Assembly: GCA_028534125.1 (NCBI GenBank)
Contig: CM052816.1
Coordinates: 23,066,001-23,130,000 of the forward strand
Reading direction: 5' to 3'
Source: Lama glama
Lineage: Eukaryota
DNA length: 64,000 nt
In this document: piece by piece, positions 24,961-36,260 of the stretch
Position numbering within the stretch: position 1 is the stretch's first letter
Layout of the letters: every line of letters starts with the position of its first letter
Program-made: the position numbers and the translations under genes
Notes under the pieces: generated by a model
What the model saw: the letters and a program-made list of their open reading frames with translations, nothing else
Databases searched by the model: none
What the model was told of the DNA's origin: nothing

Positions 24961-25373
24961 TGTATTTTCCCTTTCAAAATCAATACACGAAGAGGAGAAA
25001 AAAGTTTCATTATTTGTGCTGTTAAGCTGTAAAATGATTCCTTCTAATAGATACTATTTTTCATTCTGGCTTTCTGTGGCTCGTCTGCTAGGTTTTCCCT
25101 TAGGAACTTTTATACAAGATCTTAAAATCCTAACATTTAATCTCTTCCCTCTTGTTAGAAAAGGACTTTTTCATGTAGAAGTTAGGACTCAGGAGAGTAA
25201 AGAGAAAGCTGATGTAATTGTTGCCCAACATCATGAAAGAAGAGCCAGCCACCAGCCCATGACTTACACGGCAAGGTCACAGACACACTCTGAGGATGGA
25301 GCAGAACAAACATCGAACGTGGTGCTACAGGAAATGCAGACCCCACAGCAGTCCTTCTGCTTTCTAAAATACA

Positions 25374-25718
25374 CAATTGACCCTCTGTATCTGCGGGTTC
25401 CACTTTCACAGATTCAACCAACCACAGACTGAAAATATTCAGGAAAAAAATGCGCAGAAAGTTCCAAAAAGCAAAATTTGAATTTGCTGGCAACTATTTA
25501 CATAGAATTAACAACGTATGTACAACCATTTACATTGCATTCGCATTGCATTAGGTGTAAGTAGTCTAGAGATGCTTTAAAGTACATAGGAGGGCGCATA
25601 CAGGTTATATGCAAATACTATGCATGTCATTTTATATAAGGGACTTGAGTGTTCACGGATTTTGGTATCTGTGATGGTCCTGGAATCAATTCCATGCATG
25701 AATACCAAGGGATGATTA
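25374..25718 (-). mobile_element. MER2/MER2B-like TcMar-Tigger DNA transposon, near full length
   Basis: TIR-like ends 'caattgaccctctgtatc' / 'aataccaagggatgatta'+TA; internal 'gattcaaccaaccacagactgaaaatattc', 'ggttatatgcaaatacta...ttttatataagggacttgag...ggattttggtatc'. Confidence 0.88.
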
Positions 25719-27604
25719 TACATGAATTCATGTGCTCTGAAATAGCAGAAGCCAACAATGACTAAGACCAACACAAAAAAGAATACTGCTATGAAAGTGA
25801 AGGGGCCTTACGGATGTCCTCACCACTGCCTGACCCTCAAACAGTTTTTATAAATAGGTCTGCTTCTGAAAGGCACCTCGAAAGGTAGGTAAGGGAAAAT
25901 AATAACCTTTTAGATGAGTGATCAAGGAAGCCTTTTATCAGAAATGTTTTCATCCTGTGTACTCACCTCCTGAGTAAGGAAATAGGATTAAAAGAATCTA
26001 AGAGATCTGGACCCACTTACATGTAAAATGGCTGTGGTGCTATTGCTTACCCGAATCCAGGGAACAATATGCTATTATCAGGGCAGTACATTTCCCCGGA
26101 CAAGAACAGTAACCTGTTTTTAGCCCTGAGTCCAAATGTCATTCTGAAGCAAATGTCATCTTGTGTCTATAAATGTTCACTAAAAAAACACACAGATTAT
26201 TTCAGGTACCTAAAATATTTGACTGCAAATTATAAACTTCATAGCACAATGTTTAAGTATAAAAGGACAATTTTTGAGAATGACCTGTAACAGGCAGTCA
26301 CGACACCTTCAACTGATGCTGAAAGAAAGGACTTCAGAGCCACAGGTGCAGCTACACATACTGAAATGGTCCAAATATAAGCTCATTCTTCACAAGATGT
26401 TAATGTTTACTCTTCATACTGGCCAGCTATCATTTAGGTATAATTTATAGTCAAATCATACATAACACAAACATACTATGTTATACACGTGATCAAGATG
26501 GAGGAAAAAACACGGCATCCTTCCTTTAGGAAGAACTAAAACTAAGCCACAGAGCAGCACTAAATCTCTAACATCTCTGAACAACATAGCTGTTTTCCTT
26601 TAGAAGTCATCCCTTTAAACAGGAGAGATATATATCTTTGCTAGAAATCCGGTATATTTCAATTAAGAGATTACTGTAAAAATATTGCAAAGGAGCTGAT
26701 GTCAATTAAGAAACATCTTCTGTTACTTAATTATACAGAATCTGAACTAAGATCCAATTAATTCAAAAAACCTATTATAATAAAATTATTTTATACCCAC
26801 TTCATATGACAGGGACAACACTTTGCATTCTCTAAAACATCATGAACAGGATGGGTGTTTGACATCAGTTTTGTATTAAAAGATCCGTCTATTTTTCAAA
26901 TAGCTCTACTGATCACATCATGTTGAATCCTCTGACTATAACCCAGAGAATTTTATGAACAGATTGATGAGTCTAATTTTTTCCATCACAAACTGAATTC
27001 TAGCATAGTGGGGACATCTTTGTTTTCTGCATTCTTCATTTTAATATTTTTATTTTGTTAAATATCAAGGTCTAATACAAGCAGCAAACTTTGCCAAACA
27101 TGAATTTTTAATAAGAGCAAATTTTCAGCCATTTAAATAATTACAAAATAAATGAAAAATACTGCTTCAGCTTTTATGGGATCTATTTTTCAGCCTTTCC
27201 AATTTGTCTTTAATCAAAGAAAACTCATTAATTTTAAAAAAAACACCTTTTTTGAAATATAGAAAATGACAATAAACCAATCATGCTTCTATTAAAAAAT
27301 GAGGAGTACATTAAGAATTAAAAGATTGTCTCAATCAGACGAAGTGTGAATCCTTGATTAGTAATAATACTTTAAAAATGAGGTTTCTGATGCACTTTCT
27401 AGTTAATCATCAAGCAGACAACCCACCTTACTAACTACACTTAAATTTATTTTTTACTAAAACGCATTAGGAAGTTCTTAATATTCAGGAAATTAACATG
27501 ATCATAAGTGAATCTTTACTGATGACTGAGGGTTTAGGGGTAATTCAGAAGGATAATTATGAGTATAATTATCATTCTACTTTCTCAAGAGTTGTTTGAG
27601 CAGA

Positions 27605-27822
27605 ATTCACTTCCTGGAAGCTGGATTAGGTGCTCTTCTGACACTCTATTCTCCTAGCATTTTATGCATGAATTGGTCTTAACATTTAATAAACAGCACT
27701 GAAACGAGTTTCTATGTACCTGTGCATCCTAAAGGCAATTTTCACGGTTTTATCATTAGCATCCACCCTACCACTTGGTATTCAGTTTGTGCTCAATCAA
27801 TACATGTTGAAATCAATCATTC
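27605..27822 (+). mobile_element. L2 3' end, decayed
   Basis: ends 'cttggtattcagtttgtgctcaatcaatacatgttgaaatcaatcattca'. Confidence 0.55.
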
Positions 27823-28427
27823 ATGGCCCACATCAGAGAAGAATGAAAAAGACTTCACCTCCCTCAGAGACTGAGGAATATTTATGCTTCATCTAAGTGT
27901 ATACGGTAGAGAAAATGTTGATGCGCTTCTAAAAAATGAAGCAAGTAATAAACTGATTTATTTCAAAATAAGTAATGTATTTCACTGCTGACGTTTATAA
28001 TATCGACAAACAGGGCTCTGGGAGGACAAAGAATACCAAGCAAAATGTAGATTTAATCACAGTCTCAGTGAGTATAAACTTAGAAGAATTACAGCTTACC
28101 ATAGCAATAAAGGTCTTTTTAGACCTGAATGAGACACTGAAAGCCTGGAGATTTCATCTTTCCATTCCACAAACAGTTATAGGGCTGATAAATGAAGAGA
28201 AGAAGGAGGAGGCAAAGGCACAACTTAATTATACAAAAGATGCCTACTTTTTACTTTTTCACTCAATGGATCTATAACAGTCTTTTTCAAAGTGTACCTT
28301 AAAGTTAAATTTTTATTGAAAAGAAACACCATGCTTCACTAGAGTAAGGAAAGCTACACACTAGTTAATGACAGAAAATAAAATTCAAATCTCAATAGAA
28401 GATTATAATAAACATTAACCATTAACA

Positions 28428-28580
28428 AAAGCTACCACTTATTGAACACTTATTGTGTGCCACGTACTATAAACCCCTTTATCTACACTGGTCAATTTAA
28501 TTCTCAAAACCACTTTGTGAAGTAGTCATCAGTGTTGCTTTACCAGATAAGGAAACATTAAGAAGTAAAGTAAATGTCAT
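28428..28580 (-). mobile_element. MIR SINE
   Basis: 'agctaccacttattgaacacttattgtgtgccacgtact...atttaattctcaaaaccactttgtgaagtag...tttaccagataaggaaac'. Confidence 0.75.
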
Positions 28581-29577
28581 GTTTCAATCAAAAGCTAGGA
28601 ATATACACACTTCTAATCAAATTTAACTCTATTAGTGTTTGCATAACTTGCTGAGTGATGCTTCTGATACTTTGCTTTAATTAGATTAATATAAATCTTC
28701 TAAAGTCTAGAAAGAGAATGTTTCATTTACACTTGAATACGATGAGACTACTAAAATACACTAGTAAGAGTGAATGAAAGGTACCGTGTTAAATACAGTA
28801 GCTGTTCTTGGCTCCTCTCCTTTTTCACATAGTTACGAATTGTCCAAAAGAACACCACACATTGGGCCAATAAAATAAGATACAAATTTTGATCAAATTA
28901 CATAACTGCTTTTAAGGCATTATTCTACTCACCAAGGGGGAAAAGATGATTAAAGGAACATGTTCATATCTACAAGTAATACATGGATGAAAGAAAGAAA
29001 TTTTTTATTTGTCCTATGTTTAAAAATATTTGTGATTATAAAGAAGTCCAAGCGAACTGTTTTAGTGTAGAGTTCTTTGAGGCATTGTTTTTACAGCAGA
29101 AGAATACAGTTAAATATAGAAATGTATGAAAAGAAGAGTCACTGAAGACTGAATTTCTATCATTTAAATGAATTAAATACATGGTTCATTATTAAGAACC
29201 TAAAAGAGGATTTATAAAAGGAACTAAATATGGAAGGAGATGACTAAAAGATAATTATTTATATCAGTAAAATTAAAAGTATACATGGCACTCAAATCCT
29301 ATTACAGGGCGAGCAAGAATCTCACTCTAACTCAGCCATTTGTTATGAACTGAAAAGCTGAAATGCCACATGGTATCATCCAGCCAAGGAGTGTATAATA
29401 TAGAAGAAACACAGATCTAAACTTTAAGTCAATTTTTAAACCTCACTTATGATTTTAACTTTTTAATGTAATATTTTCCACATTACTTTTTGGTTTATAT
29501 TGCTTACTATTAAATTGGTAGAAATTTTTCTAATGGTAGCAGGATACTAATAGACATTTCTCTGACCTCTTAGCTAA

Positions 29578-29626
29578 ATACATACACACACACACACACA
29601 CACACATACATACACACATACATACA
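29578..29626. repeat. (CA)n/(TACA)n microsatellite
   Basis: directly visible. Confidence 0.9.
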
Positions 29627-29719
29627 GCTGTAGTTGGTAAGTAATCATAATTTCGAGCTTAAAAAAATAAATGACCAAACATACTTCATGTTTTTCCTTT
29701 TGCCAGGTAGATTAAAATT

Positions 29720-30330
29720 ATTTTTATATACTTAGATAAAAGAATATGTAGCCACTGTAGAAAATTCATAAAACCATTAAAAAAGACAAAATACTCAATG
29801 CTCATGGGCAACCCTCATCAATCTTATGGGCTTATCTTCAGAAAGATTTGTATGTACAAATACATATTTTTTTGTAAATAAAATACTTCTAAACAAGCTG
29901 TTTCACAACTTGTTTTTTTTTCTTATAACATTATCAGGAAGATCTAAGATAATGAATACAGATGACAGACATCATGCTTTTCAGCGCCTGCACCACGTCG
30001 TATTTTACCAATACATTATGATCTTTTTACCTACAGCCCAGTCATAGACATGGAGGCTGGTTCCAGTTTTTCCACTAGTATAAACAACGCTTCAAAAATA
30101 TTTTCACTTACATTTCCCTCAAAACATGTTTAGTCTTCTCCTAAAAATAAATGTCAAGGAGCAGAATTGCTGGGTTAAAGAGTGTACGTAAGTAACTTAA
30201 AAATAAACTGACACTGCACCCAGGAAGCTCTTACTACTTTTAACTACTGTTTAACACCCAGAGGGAGTACCTATCACAATTTGTAAACATTCACGACTTC
30301 CCTCCAACTTCCATATCCTCATTTCTTCTG
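29720..30330 (-). mobile_element. ancient L1 (L1ME/L1MC-like) 3' region
   Basis: 'ctgtttcacaacttgttttttttcttataaca', 'gacatggaggctggttccagtttttccactagtataaacaacgct', 'gcagaattgctgggttaaagagt'. Confidence 0.7.
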
Positions 30331-32057
30331 TTAATGAACAATTCTTTTCCTCAATTTAATTCAAAGTAACCAATGGATCCAATTAACACAGGGATCCAAT
30401 TTCACATGGTTTTCTTCTATGTACATGTATTCTTTCATTCAAATCTATCATATGATATTCAAAGAAGCCACAACAAAACAGCCAAGAAACTACAAAATTT
30501 AATCCAGCCTTGTCACATATCTTAAAACTACTACCTTTTGTTCCCTTTAAATTTGGTCCGAAGGGAGAATGCACTCAGATGAGGAAGACATGGAGGTTGA
30601 TTCTCCCTGTTCCTGAAAGTTGCAAAAGAGAGGGGCTGTAGGACTGAACACACGATCACCAGAACACATCAAAACGGTGACATCAAACCTGTCCTGCTTC
30701 CTTAAAGTGAGTTCACACATGCTCACAACAGAATTAATAAAGAATATTTACATATATAGTGATGTACACTTGAAAAGATACAAGTATATAGCTGTCTTGA
30801 ATACTCCTACAGTTAGTATTCAATTTAACAGATATTTGAAAGCCTGCTGCATCTTAGAAACTGTACTAATTTCTCCGGGGGTATAAATTACTTCTGGTCC
30901 TTGAGCTCAAGGAGCTTCTAATACAGCAAACCAGAGAAAAATATGAATGAAGCTACTAAAAAACTCATATTAGCCTAGCTTCCATTGGTAAGATACTGTA
31001 TACTAAATAATTGAGGTATGACTAAAATAAAGCTTTTATATTAGACATTATTGTATGTTTTGCGATCAAAGACATGTCATAAATAATTACTATTTCATTG
31101 GAAGCATCAACTTTGACTACCTGTCTTTAAAAGGAAAAATCAACAATGAAAGCCAACAGAATAATTAGCACCCCCAGGTTTGGAACTTAAGGAATATCTA
31201 AAAATTAATGACACTAATGTTTAATTCACAGCACTGTAAACTCTTGTATAAGTAATTAACACATTCACTTTCTCAAAAGACAGGAAGTTGTGCTTAAAGT
31301 GGGACACACGCACAACAGAAACTAACAGAGAAAAATGACTAAAGGAATCTGGTGAAAGAAAGTTTTAGATGGATTTCTTCCTATAATCCCCATTTAGAAA
31401 TCTACCTTTGCTTTATTTTCTTTCTCCTAAAGGAAGTTATCTGCTTTGCTTTTTACTCATATATATAATGGTAATACCTCTGAGCAAGCCAAAATCAAGG
31501 AAAAGTCTTGATATTTCTATATACATTGTTAAAATATTTCTTTTAAAATTGTAGTACAGATCATCTGACCATTAATCTTGGACAGGTTTATGGTTGTGAT
31601 AAAATGGTACTTTTCAACCTTTTATTTTTTTCCCCAAAGTAAAAGAATATTTAACTGAAGGGGAATGATGATAGAAATGCAGATACTTGGTTAAATGGCA
31701 TGTTCATTGTGTTTTTAATATTTGCATAAATCATCAGCATATTTTACATACTACATGCCTAAATTGTTAGACTGTCTTATAGATAATTTAAACCCGCTTT
31801 GGGTGACATTAGACAAATGTACACTTAATTATTCCACCAAGGCACATTATGCACACAAAGGACTGCTTTGTCTTGAGCTGCCACAAGTGGTGAACATCAG
31901 GATTCACAGGGCAGTTAGTCCCAAGTAATCTTTGTCTAAATAAAGCATTTTCCTTAAAAGCTTGCTTATACTTTATCATTTTGTTGTTAATCAGTAGTTG
32001 AAAATAAAACATATCCTTGGAATTGTTCTCTTTGGATTCATTTTGTCCTTGGGGGTT

Positions 32058-32285
32058 GGTGTAGTACACTGACAAGCATGTGATCTTAGGAGCAAAGAGA
32101 CTTGGGGTTTGGACCACCACAATGCCATTCCCTGCATGACCTCTGGAACAACATCACTTCACCTAAAATTATCTGACAGGGTTAATAATTTCCACCTTAA
32201 GTAGTTCCTTTACAGATTAAAGGTGTTATACATAATACACTTAGCAAGCAGTGTCTTGCATAGTAGTCACTCAATTAAATAACAT
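32058..32285 (+). mobile_element. MIR SINE
   Basis: 'ggagcaaagagacttggggtttg...cagattaaaggtgttatacataatacacttagcaagcagtgtcttgcatagtagtcactcaattaaat'. Confidence 0.65.
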
Positions 32286-34319
32286 AAATTCAACGAAAAT
32301 ATTAGACTGATACATGAAACAAAAAAGCAAAACTAAAATAAACAAGAAAGTCTTAATTCTATAGAGCAAGACCTTATATCTAGCTTATCAATATGTATCT
32401 AATAAGCAAGAAAGTTGCTTTTTTTAACAAATCAAAGTAATATTTAGAAATTTTTTATGAACTGCTCAAGGGAACCACCCCCAGAGACAGTCATAAGAAA
32501 AACAAGGTGATTTATTTAGCTTGTCTTTTTAGCCAGTCTTTTTCATGTTACTATATAGATTTCTTCATCATGAGGTAAAAACCCTAGCATAGCCAATTCC
32601 TACCAATCTGCTACTATCTTCCCTCCACAAACTATTAGATACATAGCCTGAAATCCTGCCAGTGAAATAAATGATCTATGCATAAAGGTTTTTATGTACA
32701 TGTGTTCTAATGAGAAAAATCTATATTAAATTTATTACTAAAGGAATATAATTTCCAAAAAAGGCAAGGTCCCCAGATACCCTTTATCCAACCACCCCCC
32801 TTTATAACATTTGATCCTAGTGTTCCCAAGAAAACTCACTGTGCCTTTAAGTGGACATCTGTTACAGCAAGTACCTGAGTACATTCACTGGATGTTATAT
32901 ACGAAACCAGGGTACAAAAGATTACAGAGCTCAAATCACTCTATACTTGCTTACTTTACTTTTCATAATTTACAGACTTTACCTTTTAAATATGTCTTTC
33001 CCAGTATTCCTCAAAGAGTTCAGAAGGAAATCCCCTGCTCCATGTTACAGAAAATGGAGCATGTCACCTCAACATTTAGAATTTATTTTTGCATTATACT
33101 CTTATTCACTAAAAGAGAATTATGTTTTAGAATGAGTAAGACAATCCATAAAGACTTTTAAATATCCTTAAGCCTAGTTATCCAATATCCCAGCAATACA
33201 TATGCATACATGAGTCATCCTGGTAACAAGTTATGTAATGACAATACTCCTAAACTAAGGGCAAAAGCCAGGCATTCTTCAATCGGTTCCATTCTAGCAG
33301 GTAAGGAGAGTGGCTTTAAAGGTGATTATACGTGAACTAACAACCGAACAGAGGTATGACTGCCCAGTGTGCTGGCATCCACATATAAAGTGTAAGAATG
33401 TAGACTGCTGATTAAATAGGATTCAGTTACTGAATGAAGTTGACCATGAGAACAGCAATCTGAATCCAAAGTGAGAAGGCAAGTTAAAAAGACACCATGT
33501 CTGTTGATGGTGGAGGAAAAGGGTTCATTCACCTGTCAACTGCCAAAGGTAGCCTGTGTGCCCAAGCTCCAGGCTTCTTCCTCAGGAACTGTCAGTCTAT
33601 CACTACAATTTCCAGTTCATAACAGCTTGATTCTAGTTCCAAGCTGACTGATGACATCTTACTTCCCTGGGAGACTGCTGGCGCTCATCTGTAACAGATG
33701 CACAGGGGTATTTTCAAACCAACTACTGTACCAAAAAGAGAGCAAATAAAACAGCAGGCATTCTCAAACAAGGTGAAACTCCAGCCGATTGTTTTCATTT
33801 CTGACAAAGGTCTCTTCCAGTGCTCTTTTGCCCAAACCAAGAGGAGTGACTTCCTGTAATGGCTTCAGGCATCTGAGCCAGTGAATTCTGCCTCTAAAAG
33901 GTCCTTGAATACTGATCAGCCTCAGTAAGTGTCTAAGTCAACTTTCAGGGGGAAAGAGATGGCCCTGGTACACATTAGGTCAATGGACAAATATTTGATA
34001 GATGTTGAATTAATAAATGCTTTGTGCCTCACACATACAAGTTGCCTTAAAGTAAAACTAAATCTCAGGGCAAATCATGTAGCAGAAACAGTACTTGACC
34101 TGCAGTGATGAGGTTCTATTCCTGTGTGACCCTGGGAAGGCACATGACAGGTACTTGGTCTGTCTACTCAGCAGTGTCTTAATTTACAAAACAAAGGATG
34201 TGGACAAACCTCTCAATTCAAAGGATTTAAAACTGAACCTACAGACATTTGAGGGATGCTGTGCAAATGCACCTAGGTTGTGGCCCTAATTTTAATCAGA
34301 GAAGCTCTCATTTTATCTT

Positions 34320-34320
<1 letters not shown>

Positions 34321-34350
<30 letters not shown>

Positions 34351-34356
34351 TACACA
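34321..34356. repeat. (TA)n(CA)n microsatellite
   Basis: directly visible. Confidence 0.9.
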
Positions 34357-34605
34357 GAACATGGAATTGGGTCAGACCAGCGGGAAGCAACTCTAATTGC
34401 AGCCACTTATTAACACGGGCAAGTGACTTCAACTCTCCATGTTCCAGTCTCCTTGACTGTGTACAGAGGACAATGATAGCACCCACCTCATAAACTCTCT
34501 ATCTCATTTAATCCATGCAACAGTCCTACACTAAACACTCGAAACACTGACTTGCATATGGTATGAGCTCAAATTTCACACAATAACTATCATGTTGTCA
34601 TCATC
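34357..34605 (+). mobile_element. MIR SINE
   Basis: 'gccacttattaacacgggcaagtgacttcaactctccatgttccagtctcct...gacaatgatagcacccacctcata'. Confidence 0.7.
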
Positions 34606-36034
34606 ATCACCAGAGAGAAATCTCATAGGAAAGATGGTTTGAAGTAATTTCTTCATTACACTGATGCTCCACTATACAGAACACATGGAAATCTTCAAAG
34701 GAAAATTATTTAAATTTCAGAGCATGATATATAATCTATACAAAAAGTGGTTTATAAAATTAAAAAAGCATCAAATAATCAGATTAGAGAAAGAATTTTC
34801 CATTTAAAATTTATATTTGACCATCCTAGACAAATTTTCAAAGAAATAACTTTGTTACATGTGAAGTAATTAATAATTCACTATGGCATTAAAATTTAGG
34901 GTCAAGGAGAAGTCATTTTGTCAAAACATAACTTATGAAGTAACCATTCGTAATAACTATATATAGCTCGAAAACTAAAGTTCTGAGTAGATGCTATTAT
35001 ATCAGAAACAATGGAAGTAACAGTCTCACTAGATTTTAAGTATCATCATGCCTGACGTTACTTCTTTATACTGTATCTTATGCCAATAACATATTTTCCA
35101 GTGTAAATTATAAATTCAGGTCCTTTCTACAAAAAGCACACAGGGTGCTCCGCGGTGGGATGAAATCTGTAAGAGCAGCTGATTCCTTCAGCCCCTGTGC
35201 TGCCTGCCGTGACACCCAGTGAAGGAGCCCTGTGCTCAGCTCTCTGCTCCCAGGGCCACCCCTCACCGTGGCGCCAGACAGTCTCTCCAGAAGTGTGAAG
35301 TGTGCCAACTACTCAACTGGACAGCCCCAAAGAACCATACTTGGGGGTCTTTGCTTTTTATTCTCAGCCTTGGTACTTTTATTTCACCAGAGATAATTTA
35401 AAAGATTCTGGGGCTTGAAAATTCTAGTTTGAAGATGACCAAGAGCCCTGGAGGGTATGAGTGACCATAAACACTTTCTAAATATTCCAGTTGGAATGAC
35501 TGTTCCTCCGAGTGGTCCTCTTTTTATTAAGGGTACCAGCACAACCAAGCCACAGTCAGTCCACATAAGGGCCAGTCGTTTCTCCTCCCTGTGGTGATAA
35601 TCTGCTGCCCCAGACTGGCACATTCCATCCCTTGTACGTGATTCAGAAGGAGGTCCAGGCAGGAGGAGAACGAGATCAGTGTGAAAGGCATCAACGACGC
35701 AAAACCATCCCCTCTGATTAAGGACTGCTAGAGAGCAGCTGCGTGCCAGGAAATTCTATTTGCTTCAACATATATTGGCTCAAATTGTAACATTTTGTAT
35801 CCAGTTCCTTGGGCTAATAAGTTATTTTTACCACTATAAAAAGTTCAGGGGTGGTCAATCTACTAAGAAAGCAGGACAGATAGGAATCTGCCAGACAAAA
35901 TAAAAGCATTCCAGACTGAGGATCCAGCAAATAAAAAGTCAGTGTTGTGTAATAGCATATCATTCTAAGGGAAAACACAAGTGGTTTGGGTTTTACAGCA
36001 AATCGGGTAATTTTTACTGAGAACGTAAGCCGGG

Positions 36035-36260
36035 GAAGAGCTTGTTGTAAAGTCTGTTTTTTGTCAATAGGGAGACATTGAAGAACCCTAAGCATAAAAA
36101 CGCCTTATCTGGAATGACATGTTTTAGAAAGATTACTGTAGAGGCAATTGTTTGGAAAGGGGATGGATGGACTGGGAGGACGCAGCTCCTCGTTCCTCTA
36201 GGAGAGGTAACGAGGCCTTTCATCAAAGCACTGCCTATAAAAATGGAAGCAAGGAAATTT
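36035..36260 (-). mobile_element. L2 fragment
   Basis: 'caatagggagacattgaag...catgttttagaaagattactgtagaggcaattgtttggaaaggggatgga'. Confidence 0.6.

Noticed and set aside
33663..33688. 26-nt minus-strand microexon-like segment (ag|ATGAGC...GGAA|gtaaga)
   Set aside because: Poor polypyrimidine tract; better explained as part of the E-box/ETS motif cluster.
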